A stretch of DNA of 64,000 nt from Candidatus Heimdallarchaeota archaeon (GCA_019058275.1 JAHLVW010000066.1:160001-224000), one strand, 5' to 3'. Shown: positions 8,946 to 19,204, counted from the stretch's first letter. Numbers and translations are program-made. The notes: generated from the sequence alone by a model not told the origin.

Positions 8946-10976
8946 TTAACGTTTTTTGATTCGTTTTAGAACTATTGTAACAACTGTTGATGAGAAAATT
9001 GATATGATAGCAATATAACCTGGTGATGTGGCTGTTGGTGTAACAGTTATGTAAACTAATCCTGGATTTGGAGTATCTGCAATGAAATCAACAGAGCAAT
9101 CATCAGTATCATGGTTTGCAGGATCTCTTTGTATACTCAAGGTTTCATCAATAGTTCCAGTCCATGGTATTACTCCTGTATATGATCCAGAACCCCAAAC
9201 AACAGCATCAACATTTCCATGTGGACCATTGAGTATAAGTTCATCACCGGAATTACCTAATAGTAACCCCTCATAAACAAAATCATATGCAGGAGAAGTG
9301 TCACCTAAATCATTCATTTCGGTTGTATAAGCAGCTGAATCTCGAACGAAAACTAGAATATCTTCAGCAGAAAATGTTGTGCCATCAGGTATAGTATATA
9401 TGTCTTCACCATCTGTTACTTCCCATCCACCAATAGCTACATCAAAACTAAAGCCATTATATAACTCAAAGAATTCACCATCAGGTTCTGTTACAGCATC
9501 AAAGCGAACCTCTGAAATAAGTAAATGCCACCAATCCAAATTAACAATATTGAAATCGTATTCGTCAATTACTGGATCTCCAACAGTAGGAGTTCCTATT
9601 ACCTTAATTTGATGTATACCATCGTCATAAGCAGTTGTATCAAGATTAAAGGTTTCTGAACCATCTGGTATGGACCAAGTGTGCACTAAAACATTATCAA
9701 TGTATAATGTTCCTGAAGTGAAAGGTCCAATATAGAATCCTGCTTCAATTTCAAAAGCATTATCAATTACAGTGTTAGGTAATGGTTTGATGATTTCAAC
9801 TTCAGGTAGAAATCCTGAAGGTATTTCGGTATAATTCTCCCAATCCCACTCGAATACATCTCCCAAATAACTAGCAATCTTAGTATTTTTTACAATAGCT
9901 CCTGCTTCTCGATTTTCCCATACTGAACCATTTGACCAATTAATACTTGAGACGGAAACATACTCCCCATCTACTCGTAAGAATTTATTATGATTATAAA
10001 GACTTTTAGAGAACCTGACTTCAATGCCATTTTGTAAAAGCAACTCCGTAACATTTTTTGAAGCTGTAGTTGGCTCTGGATATATCACTCTTACATCTAT
10101 TCCACTAATTGCTGCATCTATTAAATCGTATGTTAAATCACATGTATGTGTTAAATACTGTTGTTGTACATCAATTGTTGAAGTTGCATTTTCAATTAAG
10201 GATGATAGCATTGCATAACTATTGTTTGGTGAGAAAATAGGTATGACTTCCATGTATTCTGTAATAGATAAAGGATTAACTTTAACAGGTACATATGTAC
10301 CAGAGCTTTCACTAGGTAATGTATAATCAGGATCTGTCCCTGAATAAGCTGTTGCTTTTCCATAATCTTCCCAAAAAATATCTTCATAGATGGTAGCAAT
10401 ATCAGTATCATCAAACATCAAACCCATTTCTCTATTTTCACGTGCACCTGTATCAGCTGGCATACTTGTAGGTGCCCAATTACCTGAATAAACATAGGTA
10501 TATTGTGAATCTACAACCCAGAATTTTGCATGTGTAAAATCATAATTTAGTGTTGTCCATAGTACTTCAATATCAAAACTGCTTAGTTGAAAAGCTGCTT
10601 CCTCAGTATAATCATCCTCATATCCATTGACATGGTCTTGTTCCAGAAGAACAATTACATCTACACTATTTGTCTCTTTAGCATAAATCAAAGAATTAAT
10701 CAAATTTTGACTTGAAAGAGTGTAAACTTCAAGATAAAACGTAGATGTAGCTCCATGAATAGAAGCATTCACTACATCAAATACATTATCAGGACCTACA
10801 AAGGCTTTTGTAGGAATTGTACCTTTGACTTTTTCTGTAAAATTTTCAATAGCATAATTCTCTATATCTAGAGGATTTTCACATGCGCTCACATTCTCTT
10901 TTTTCATCCAAGTAGAAGTAAAAGGCAGCAATAAAAAGCTGACTGTTACAACTAACAAAAACTTTCTATTCATCAT
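8946..10976 (-). CDS. Secreted phospholipase D family protein with Ig-like and lamin-tail (LTD) domains and C-terminal PGY-TM-KKR anchor
   Basis: Signal peptide; two HKD motifs (HAKFWVVD..SGNW, HNKFLRVD..SINWS); LTD motif LISEV..EFFELYN..GGWEVTD; C-terminus SPGYIAII...KRIKKR. Confidence 0.9.
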   Translation of the reverse strand: MMNRKFLLVVTVSFLLLPFTSTWMKKENVSACENPLDIENYAIENFTEKVKGTIPTKAFVGPDNVFDVVNASIHGATSTFYLEVYTLSSQNLINSLIYAKETNSVDVIVLLEQDHVNGYEDDYTEEAAFQLSSFDIEVLWTTLNYDFTHAKFWVVDSQYTYVYSGNWAPTSMPADTGARENREMGLMFDDTDIATIYEDIFWEDYGKATAYSGTDPDYTLPSESSGTYVPVKVNPLSITEYMEVIPIFSPNNSYAMLSSLIENATSTIDVQQQYLTHTCDLTYDLIDAAISGIDVRVIYPEPTTASKNVTELLLQNGIEVRFSKSLYNHNKFLRVDGEYVSVSSINWSNGSVWENREAGAIVKNTKIASYLGDVFEWDWENYTEIPSGFLPEVEIIKPLPNTVIDNAFEIEAGFYIGPFTSGTLYIDNVLVHTWSIPDGSETFNLDTTAYDDGIHQIKVIGTPTVGDPVIDEYDFNIVNLDWWHLLISEVRFDAVTEPDGEFFELYNGFSFDVAIGGWEVTDGEDIYTIPDGTTFSAEDILVFVRDSAAYTTEMNDLGDTSPAYDFVYEGLLLGNSGDELILNGPHGNVDAVVWGSGSYTGVIPWTGTIDETLSIQRDPANHDTDDCSVDFIADTPNPGLVYITVTPTATSPGYIAIISIFSSTVVTIVLKRIKKR

Positions 10977-11046
10977 AATACTTAGTAAAATGTTTTGTTT
11001 TTAAATATGTATTTGTAGAAAAAATAAAAGAAAATCAATTTATTAA

Positions 11047-11496
11047 TTACTTGCTAAGAATTTCATATACATCAAGAATTGCTTGAGGTCCATGTCCTCT
11101 TTTACCAAATCGTTCTAATTGCTTATAGTATTGTTGAAATTCATCATCTTCAATATCTAATATATCATTGATTTCTTCTTTACTTTTGGTTTTAATTTCA
11201 GGAATACTCATTACTTCTTTAGCAAAATCATTCAAACTTAATTTTTCTTGACTAATTTTGATAGGATTTCCTATTATTCCATTTATAAAAGTAATATCTT
11301 CATTAGAAGCACCTTTAATTCTCAAGACGTATTTAGTTTCATCCACTCTTTGTATAATTCTAATTTCAGATGGAACAGAAATAATTTTTGTTGTATCATC
11401 TTCAAGAGTTTTTACTATTGTTCCAAATTTTTCTGCTATTTTCACTAACATTGATTCAATATCACTATCTTTTGGGAGTTCATATTGTGCTTTCAT
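11047..11496 (-). CDS. Hypothetical cytoplasmic protein, paralogue of 8327-8794
   Basis: Alignment to 8327-8794; possible C-terminal helical/HTH-like segment. Confidence 0.8.
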   Translation of the reverse strand: MKAQYELPKDSDIESMLVKIAEKFGTIVKTLEDDTTKIISVPSEIRIIQRVDETKYVLRIKGASNEDITFINGIIGNPIKISQEKLSLNDFAKEVMSIPEIKTKSKEEINDILDIEDDEFQQYYKQLERFGKRGHGPQAILDVYEILSK

Positions 11497-11554
11497 ACAA
11501 TATTTAACTCACAAGTCTTTTTATAGCTATCTTTAGGAGAAAAACTATGCACTT

Positions 11555-12673
11555 TTAGAATAAATCCTTTACTGATAATTCGATAGCTTTTACGAAATCA
11601 TCTGGAGTTACAAATGGTATATCTATGTTTTCTGATTGATAGACTTGAGCAACATTAGAATAGATGTGCTTAGGGTTTACAAGCTTACCAATTAATGCAT
11701 TCTCTATTAGTTCTGGAGCATTCATTGGATTAGCTGAAAAATCACCACTAATCATAACATCTTTGAAGAACTCATTTTCGACCTCAAAGAATACTCGAAT
11801 AAGTCCTCCTTGAGCTTTGTAAACAGATTCATAGATTTGAGTTGATGCAGAAATTTTGACTTTACGTTTCTCCATTAGCTCTGATCTTCGATGATCTGCT
11901 ATGTTTAACCATTCATCACTTCTATAACATTCAAGAAGCCCGTCATTTATTTCTTGTTCTCTTGGTGAAAACTTGTTATCTATTTTGAACTTCACATCTA
12001 GGACTTTCTCAAAATCCTCAATCAATATTTTCTTGACATCTTGCCTGTCTGGTAGATTTTCGAGAAAACCTTTTATAGTTCCTAATCGTTCTTTCAAACT
12101 TGAAGCTATTTTATCTCTGAATTTTTCATTGGGAACTTTCAAGATTTTAGACATTTCCTCAACATTAAAATCAAAAATCAAATTGCCAGTAAGAATACGT
12201 CCACCACCTACTTCAGCAGCACCATTACCGGAGATTTTCTTACCATCAGCTACAATATCATTAACCGGGGCATATTGAGCATCAATGCCAATTTGCCTGT
12301 AAGTATTGATTGGTGCTTGGAGTATTTTTTCATATAATTCGCTAACATTTCTAGGAATTTTTTTACTGTCTAAACGAGAAATGACTTGATAGAAAAGCTG
12401 TCCACTATCAAGATAAACTGCTCCACCACCAAGAGGTCTTCGAACGATCGGGATATTGTTCTTCTTGCAATAATCAGTATCAACTTCTTCCTCGATTATT
12501 TGATGATACCCTACACATACAACAGGATCTTTGGGCCAACATATGATTATCGTATTCTCAATATCATCATATTTTTCCATTGCTAATCCTACAGTGTGAT
12601 AAACAGTTTGAGATTCAATACCTGGTAATCCATCAAATTCCAAAAGACGCCATTCTTCAATCATAATAAACAA
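11555..12673 (-). CDS. lplA: Lipoate-protein ligase A
   Basis: RRPLGGGAVYLD, PVNDI..GKKISGNG, C-terminal domain with SGDF. Confidence 0.92.
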   Translation of the reverse strand: MFIMIEEWRLLEFDGLPGIESQTVYHTVGLAMEKYDDIENTIIICWPKDPVVCVGYHQIIEEEVDTDYCKKNNIPIVRRPLGGGAVYLDSGQLFYQVISRLDSKKIPRNVSELYEKILQAPINTYRQIGIDAQYAPVNDIVADGKKISGNGAAEVGGGRILTGNLIFDFNVEEMSKILKVPNEKFRDKIASSLKERLGTIKGFLENLPDRQDVKKILIEDFEKVLDVKFKIDNKFSPREQEINDGLLECYRSDEWLNIADHRRSELMEKRKVKISASTQIYESVYKAQGGLIRVFFEVENEFFKDVMISGDFSANPMNAPELIENALIGKLVNPKHIYSNVAQVYQSENIDIPFVTPDDFVKAIELSVKDLF

Positions 12674-12782
12674 CCATCATTCTTGTTTCTGTTTTGTTTT
12701 AATTATATAGCTAATTAATTTTTCCAAATGACTTTTAAAACTAATATGCTTTAGAAAATGTAAAGCTTTCTTTGGGATTAAG

Positions 12783-13148
12783 ATGAAAATAGAGAAAACT
12801 AAATTTGGTTCGATAACCATTGATGGTATCAAATACAAACATGATATATACATCAACGTTGATGGTTCTATCTCTAAGAGAAAAAAAGAATTATCAAGAC
12901 CAATTAGTAAAGGTCATACTGTTTTAGGACCTTTAGAAATACAGCATCTACTAGATCAAAAACCAGATACTCTTGTTATTGGAAAGGGACAATATGGAGT
13001 TTTACCAATGCCTGAAGAATCACACAAATTACTTGAAAAATCTAAAATCATAGTTATTAAAGATAAAACTCCAGTTGTTATACATTTGTTAAATAAATTG
13101 GTTGAGGAAAAAGCTAAGGTTGTAGCAATATTGCATCTAACTTGCTAA
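12783..13148 (+). CDS. Mth938-like domain protein
   Basis: FGSITIDG, LVIGKGQYG, C-terminal HLTC. Confidence 0.88.
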   Translation: MKIEKTKFGSITIDGIKYKHDIYINVDGSISKRKKELSRPISKGHTVLGPLEIQHLLDQKPDTLVIGKGQYGVLPMPEESHKLLEKSKIIVIKDKTPVVIHLLNKLVEEKAKVVAILHLTC

Positions 13149-13239
13149 GGTCTCATGAGAAATTTTCATACTTGAAGTGTAATATCTAAATAATTGAAAT
13201 GCACTAATGGTTATTAGATAAGAACTGAGGTAAAATATT

Positions 13240-14442
13240 ATGATCTCAACAACCGAGTTAACTGAAAAGGTTTTCACAATTAGAGATCCAAGTTATACTA
13301 AAGTTACCTCGCCAAAAATTATTGCTGCTGAAAAGAGAATAAACAAGTTTCTGAAACGTAAGGATGTTGAATCAACTGCAACACCCAACAATGATGGAGA
13401 AATACTAGTTTTATTCATCCATGGATTTGCTGCATCCAAGTACTGCTGGTTAGATCCAGATATTGGTAACATGGGTTGGGTAAAGGATTGCAAGAATGAT
13501 CCTGAACACATTGATTTTGGTTGGCATGCTTTACCACCTCCACCATATATTCCTGTTGCTTGGACAATGTCTGAGCAGCTTGTTCCAATCGGTGCTACAC
13601 AAATAATGGATAAAAATGGAATAGAATGGCTTACATATTCACAAGAATCAGCATTCGGTGATATTGAGGTTTCAGTAAAAGAATTAGATACAGTTCTAAA
13701 AGCAATTAAGGAAATCTATGGAAATAGAAGAATAATCATTATTGCTCATTCTCGAGGAGGATTACTTTCTAAAAGATATCTTGACATTGCAGAGAAAACT
13801 AACATAGAAAAATTAGTAACTTTTGGAACACCATATGGTGGTTCATTCATGTCTGCTTTTGAATTATTTAGACTTCCCTCTAAACATTTTTTGAATAGAG
13901 TGAAAACTGCAAGAAAGCTATGGGATGTTTCTCAAGAAAGGAAAGTTGAATCTATTGCAACAAAACAGCTAGCTCCAGATTCTGATTTCCTCAATGAACT
14001 TTCAGCATCAGGGTGCAGAGATGATGTAAAATATGTTAATGTTGCTGGAACATCATCACTCATATCTTACATCTATGCTTGGAGATGGAAGACATCCTCA
14101 CTTAAACCAAAATACAAAATAGCAAAACAAAAAATGAATGAACGTAAAAAACTAATAGATCAGAAACAACCAATTATCGATTGGTATAATTTACCAAGTA
14201 ATTATCTACTTCATCCTTTTAATTGGTTGTTGGAAGCAAGAAAAATCATGCAGATTTATCCTAAAATTGGTTATCATGAAGTATTGCAGGGAGATGGAGC
14301 AGTCTCAATAAAGAGTGCATTAATGTCCAATGAAGAAGTAAAGCATTATATCATAGATAAAAATCATGTTGATATGACTTGTTCAAAACCAGGTTATGAA
14401 ATAATGATTAGAGAAGTTAATGAAAGTATAAACGACAAATGA
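13240..14442 (+). CDS. Alpha/beta hydrolase (lipase/PGAP1-like)
   Basis: FIHGF, nucleophile elbow AHSRGG, GTPYGGS, GDGAV, NHVDM. Confidence 0.85.
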   Translation: MISTTELTEKVFTIRDPSYTKVTSPKIIAAEKRINKFLKRKDVESTATPNNDGEILVLFIHGFAASKYCWLDPDIGNMGWVKDCKNDPEHIDFGWHALPPPPYIPVAWTMSEQLVPIGATQIMDKNGIEWLTYSQESAFGDIEVSVKELDTVLKAIKEIYGNRRIIIIAHSRGGLLSKRYLDIAEKTNIEKLVTFGTPYGGSFMSAFELFRLPSKHFLNRVKTARKLWDVSQERKVESIATKQLAPDSDFLNELSASGCRDDVKYVNVAGTSSLISYIYAWRWKTSSLKPKYKIAKQKMNERKKLIDQKQPIIDWYNLPSNYLLHPFNWLLEARKIMQIYPKIGYHEVLQGDGAVSIKSALMSNEEVKHYIIDKNHVDMTCSKPGYEIMIREVNESINDK

Positions 14443-14539
14443 TATCGTGCAAGGCTTAAACTCAAGATTTGTTATCAGAAGTAGCATACAAATTTTATAA
14501 TGGACATTTAAGAGAAAAAGATGTGAGAAATAAAATTCA

Positions 14540-15547
14540 GTGGATGGAAAGGAATTGGTCGATAACAAATCTGTAAAAATCAAGAAGGTTGGATTGTTTA
14601 GAATACTTAGTTTTACAGATTTGAATATGCAAATACATCGCAAGGATCCGATTTTTAGGGAAGCATCAGATTCTACTTGGAAAAGTATCAAATTCTTTAC
14701 AAATTTTACATTGAAGGTGTTAAAACAGTCAAAGTATCATCTAATTGTAGACAATAAAGTTGCTGGTGCTCTTGCATTAGAGAAGAAAGGTAATTCCATT
14801 TTTGTTTATGCTATTGGTGTAAAAGAAGAATATAGACGTCAAGGATATGGTTCATATCTCATGCAATTTACTGAGCAATTTGCAAAAAAACATAATAAGG
14901 CCTATGTTTGTTTTTCAGTACTTTTAGAAAATAAACCTGCTATTGCAATGTATAATAAACTGGATTACAAATCATTGGGTATAGGTTTAACTTTAGTTCG
15001 AACATTTTTATGGAAACTTGAAGATAAAATGCCTTCTGAACACAATCTCAAAATAGGATTTAGGAAAATAGAAAATCAAAAAGAAGTTAAAGAGAAAACC
15101 TATCATTGGTGGACTGAGGAAATTGAAGCTTTTGCTGGTATGGAAGCTTGTGAACTTGCCAAAAAAGATTCTTTATTGGAACTTGATCTTAAAGCAGAAT
15201 GGTCTGTTTATGAAATAATCACTGATAATGTTGCATCGGGAGTTTTAGCGATTCTTCCTTCTGATTTATTTCAATCTATAGTTTTGTTCTCTGATCCATC
15301 CAGAACTTGGAATCAAGATTGGTCATTTGCATTCATATCTACACTACAAATACAAAAACTCATAGCTCTAAATCAAAATAGAAAAGTGACTGATAGCAGT
15401 AAGCAATTTAAATTAAACAATTCTTCGATTTTACAATTCTTCTTAACACAACAGCACAAAGATAATATGATAGCAAGTTTGGGTAGTTCAAATCTTTCAC
15501 ATAATTCAAATGAGGATAGACAGATTTTATACAAAAAAATAGTTTAA
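14540..15547 (+). CDS. GNAT acetyltransferase with C-terminal extension
   Basis: GVKEEYRRQGYG, NKPAIAMYNKLDY. Confidence 0.85.
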   Translation: MDGKELVDNKSVKIKKVGLFRILSFTDLNMQIHRKDPIFREASDSTWKSIKFFTNFTLKVLKQSKYHLIVDNKVAGALALEKKGNSIFVYAIGVKEEYRRQGYGSYLMQFTEQFAKKHNKAYVCFSVLLENKPAIAMYNKLDYKSLGIGLTLVRTFLWKLEDKMPSEHNLKIGFRKIENQKEVKEKTYHWWTEEIEAFAGMEACELAKKDSLLELDLKAEWSVYEIITDNVASGVLAILPSDLFQSIVLFSDPSRTWNQDWSFAFISTLQIQKLIALNQNRKVTDSSKQFKLNNSSILQFFLTQQHKDNMIASLGSSNLSHNSNEDRQILYKKIV

Positions 15548-15654
15548 GTAACTAAAGAATTAAAAACTATTGAAATAAAACAACTGACCATCAGAAATAC
15601 ATAAACTGATATTAAATACAATTAGTTATCATCTTTATAGTTTGGTGCTAAGTT

Positions 15655-16278
15655 ATGAGTGATACATCTTCAAATAACTTCTTAACAGAAAGAAATGGTG
15701 AACAGATCTTAAAACACTCAACCAGGAGAAGAATTCTTGAATTAGTATTTATGTTAATCTTTCTTGCTGTAGGAGTGATGGCTATTGTATTTGGAGCAAT
15801 TTTTACAGATCAAAGCAATTTTTTCAGAATAGCATTAATTATATTGGGATGCATAATCGCTTTGATTTATTTAGAATCTTTCATATCAATAATGCTAAAC
15901 AAAATCATAGTTAGTTCTGAAGGTATAAAATTAAGAAGTTTTTTCAGATGGAACGTTGTTTCTTGGGTAGAAATAGAATCATTTGAAGCAGAAAGAAAAG
16001 GTACAAAACCAACCAAAGAAGGAATGGATACCAGATATTCTTCAATGCAAATCAACACAGTTAGCGGAGAACAAATCTTATTCCCAATATTTCGATTTAG
16101 ACCACAAGAAGCAGAGATAATAATTGCTGTTATAAAGGAAACATATAAACAAACTCAAAGCAAAAGATTACTCGAAGAAGTTGTAAAACCAAAATCCCCT
16201 GATCCTCCAATTACTAATGAAGAAATTGAAAAACAAATTCCTCCAAAAGTAAATGAAAATGAAATTGAAGTTGATTAG
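15655..16278 (+). CDS. Two-TM membrane protein with bacterial PH-like domain
   Basis: Two TM helices, then KIIVSSEGIKLRSFFRWNVVSWVEIESF. Confidence 0.7.
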   Translation: MSDTSSNNFLTERNGEQILKHSTRRRILELVFMLIFLAVGVMAIVFGAIFTDQSNFFRIALIILGCIIALIYLESFISIMLNKIIVSSEGIKLRSFFRWNVVSWVEIESFEAERKGTKPTKEGMDTRYSSMQINTVSGEQILFPIFRFRPQEAEIIIAVIKETYKQTQSKRLLEEVVKPKSPDPPITNEEIEKQIPPKVNENEIEVD

Positions 16279-16291
16279 AATCTTCTTTTTT

Positions 16292-17299
16292 CTACATGAT
16301 TAAGTAACTACAAATGACAATCCATTCACTGGAATGATCATATGATTTTATGTCTTCACTAAATTTCACCATACGAAGAATTGCTGATCTTATATGAAAT
16401 CCATAATTGTTAATTAGATGTTGATATGCTAACCAGTAGCTAGAGTTTATGCTTAATCTCACACCTACTTTTCCGTGTTCCTCACCATATTGCTCACAGA
16501 TATAAAGAAGATAATCTAAAACCATCGGATTTTTTATGTCCTTATCAATCACCAGGTTCTTGATTTCAAGATAAGGCTCACTTTGATCATTATCATGCCT
16601 TACAAATGTCCTACAAACAGCATAGCCAATAATGAATCCTTCACGTTTAAGTAAAATTGTTTCACCAAAATTATATTCATCACCAATAATTATTTCTGAT
16701 TTATGATCTAATCCATTTACAATATTACTTGATAACCAATTCATTCTTGTAAAAGCATCTTCTTTATTTTCTTCTTGAGAGAAATAAACAACTTCAAGAT
16801 CATATGCTTCTGCAAATTCCTTCATTGCAACTGTTTTCTTTGACGTAACAGTAATTGGTTTATTTAATCGAATAGTTAGAAAAGCAGGTTTGAATCCCAA
16901 TTTACTATACAACCCAATATTAGAACTGCTATCCGGCATTGTTTCCAGACATAAGGTTGTAACATTTTTTTTCTTGTCTAAATACTTAATAGCCTTTAAC
17001 ATTAATTCCTTTCCAATACCTTTCTCTTGAAAATCTGGGTGAACACCAAAAGTACCTATCCAACCAAATTTTCCCCAAACATGTGTAAATATAGCACCAA
17101 TTACTTGCGTTCTCTCTAAAGCTACAAAACATCCCTCAGATTCAATATCCAAATAGGGATAAAAACATTCAGGTTTGCGTTTACGACTTCGAGATCTTCC
17201 TCTCCTTTTCAAAAACCAATCACTAAAAGCTGCTGTAAGAACTTCAATTACATGAGGAATATGTTTCTTTTGCATACGAGAGATTCTCATTTTAATCAA
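16292..17299 (-). CDS. GNAT acetyltransferase (two-domain)
   Basis: GVHPDFQEKGIG, NIGLYSKLGF. Confidence 0.88.
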   Translation of the reverse strand: MIKMRISRMQKKHIPHVIEVLTAAFSDWFLKRRGRSRSRKRKPECFYPYLDIESEGCFVALERTQVIGAIFTHVWGKFGWIGTFGVHPDFQEKGIGKELMLKAIKYLDKKKNVTTLCLETMPDSSSNIGLYSKLGFKPAFLTIRLNKPITVTSKKTVAMKEFAEAYDLEVVYFSQEENKEDAFTRMNWLSSNIVNGLDHKSEIIIGDEYNFGETILLKREGFIIGYAVCRTFVRHDNDQSEPYLEIKNLVIDKDIKNPMVLDYLLYICEQYGEEHGKVGVRLSINSSYWLAYQHLINNYGFHIRSAILRMVKFSEDIKSYDHSSEWIVICSYLIM

Positions 17300-17325
17300 C
17301 CTTGGAATTTTTTCTTATAGTGTTG

Positions 17326-17847
17326 CTATGATTGCGCAAAGATCTTTAGACCATTAGTTAGAAGCAATATAACACCAATGAGAAGTAACATTGCTCCAAA
17401 AATTCTGCCAAGAATATTGGCATTTTTCAAGCCAATACTCCGAACAATTCTATTTCCCATTAGTGGCACTATCATTAATCCAATACCTAGTGACATAAAA
17501 ATAGGAAACACGTAAAGGAGGTTATAAAATATAGCTGTTAAAATTGCAAGAATAAGTGGAAAAACTAGAACAAATGTAAAGTAAATATAATAGATTTTCT
17601 CTGAATAATTAAAGAATTGTTTAACCATCATTTCATGTTCAACTGAACAACTGTGAAACTGTGAAGGAGTCTCTTGATTTTTTCTATAAAGTTCACTAGG
17701 GAATAAATCATCTACTTCATCCTTTGTTTTATGACACCAATAACAACGAGGAGTATCAGCTAAGTCTTCTTTATCATTAGTTTCAGGTTCTTCCTCTAAT
17801 TGGAACGAATCATCAAGTTCAACTTTATTTTCTTCTTTGGATGACAT
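17326..17847 (-). CDS. Membrane protein with N-terminal Cys/His (TRASH-like) zinc finger and three TM helices
   Basis: CYWC...HSCSVEH followed by hydrophobic helices. Confidence 0.65.
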   Translation of the reverse strand: MSSKEENKVELDDSFQLEEEPETNDKEDLADTPRCYWCHKTKDEVDDLFPSELYRKNQETPSQFHSCSVEHEMMVKQFFNYSEKIYYIYFTFVLVFPLILAILTAIFYNLLYVFPIFMSLGIGLMIVPLMGNRIVRSIGLKNANILGRIFGAMLLLIGVILLLTNGLKIFAQS

Positions 17848-18045
17848 AAGCAGAAATAATATTATAAAATTATAATTCTTTTCCCATTGTTGCTAAAAAG
17901 GGGTGTTTTTTAATTTTCTTGCAAACTATTTTTGTGAATGTTTATACCAAAAACCATAAATAAATACAGAAGTTATTTATTCTAACAAACTTAAAAGTAA
18001 ATAACTTTTAATAAAACCTTATCATAGTAATCATGGTGAAATATT

Positions 18046-18189
18046 ATGCCTTACTCATGTCCAAAGTGTGGAGCAGAAAACATAAAAGAAGTTGAAGATA
18101 AATCAAAAGTTTTGGGGTACGCAGGCCATAACCCAATCTATGCAAAAGTAAAAGTTTGCAAAGAATGCGGTAATAGATTTACAGATTAA
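18046..18189 (+). CDS. 47-aa zinc-ribbon protein (absent from ORF track)
   Basis: MPYSCPKCGAENIKEVEDKSKVLGYAGHNPIYAKVKVCKECGNRFTD; GGTGA SD-like site upstream; two CxxCG knuckles. Confidence 0.85.
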   Translation: MPYSCPKCGAENIKEVEDKSKVLGYAGHNPIYAKVKVCKECGNRFTD

Positions 18190-18319
18190 TTGAGAATTTA
18201 GAACTCGATTTTTTTGTAGATTTATTCTACATATTCTCAAATGATTTTATATTTTTCAACTGCTTAATCTTTTTACTAATTTTTCTTGTTTTTTTGATTC
18301 TAATGATATTAATTTAGTG

Positions 18320-18526
18320 CTATTTCTCCCAAATTACTTCTCTAACTTTGGCTTGTTCTGCCTTTACTAATACAGGTGGTTTAACAATTAACTTCAATCG
18401 ATATTTGTATGATAATTCATTTAGTTTTTCTTTTGCATCTTCCATTGCATTTTCGATTGTTTCTTCAACAAGATAAAGCAATGTATCATAATCTATAGGC
18501 ATCTTTTCCACTTCTTTTTTATCCAC
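18320..18526 (-). CDS. Small hypothetical protein (start may be 18502)
   Basis: Fills the intergenic gap; protein-like helical composition. Confidence 0.55.
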   Translation of the reverse strand: MDKKEVEKMPIDYDTLLYLVEETIENAMEDAKEKLNELSYKYRLKLIVKPPVLVKAEQAKVREVIWEK

Positions 18527-18667
18527 TATTAGAAATCTTTCATTATAAATTTAATTCCTCTTACTTTTATTGAATAATTACGAACTTTTTAGTTATAATA
18601 ATCAAGAAAAGATAAATGAAAAACAAATAATAATGAAATAGCTATTTATGAATTAGAGGTTTTAATA

Positions 18668-19204
18668 CTGGTAAACTACATAAAAGCAGCTTTACACTCG
18701 CTTATATCTTTAGTAATAGGTCTCATTCTGACTTTCCCAATTTTCTATCTCGTTACTAATCATAGAGCTTTGTTTTGGTTTTTGTTAATTTTCATATGGG
18801 GAACTATCAGCTCAATAAATGGTTATTTACTTAAGGATAAACTTGATGGTTTGATCGTCACCCTCTTTCTGAGTAGCTTTCAATTCATCTTTCTATTTTT
18901 AATGTTGTTAATTTTTAATAGCTTTGCAACTATCTTTTTGGAAGTTTTGAACTTTTCAGAAACTAGTGGTATAAATAAGGGTGGTACGTTTATACAATCA
19001 TTTTTGATAACTTTAATAATAATGTCAATAATGGCAGTTATATTAATAATATTTACAATTCTTGGCACGTTAATTGATACATTAATAAGTAATTTAAAAC
19101 TGGAACAGTCAGCAATGAATAGTGAAACAGATTTTTACAAAAAGTATGAGAGTCCTGCTGATGCAGGTCGATATAGATCAAAAGAAACAGATGATTTTGA
19201 TTAG
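18668..19204 (+). CDS. Multi-TM membrane protein (probable CTG start upstream of the ORF-track start)
   Basis: Frame is open from CTG 18668, preceded by GAGGT; this adds a TM helix. Confidence 0.6.
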   Translation: MVNYIKAALHSLISLVIGLILTFPIFYLVTNHRALFWFLLIFIWGTISSINGYLLKDKLDGLIVTLFLSSFQFIFLFLMLLIFNSFATIFLEVLNFSETSGINKGGTFIQSFLITLIIMSIMAVILIIFTILGTLIDTLISNLKLEQSAMNSETDFYKKYESPADAGRYRSKETDDFD

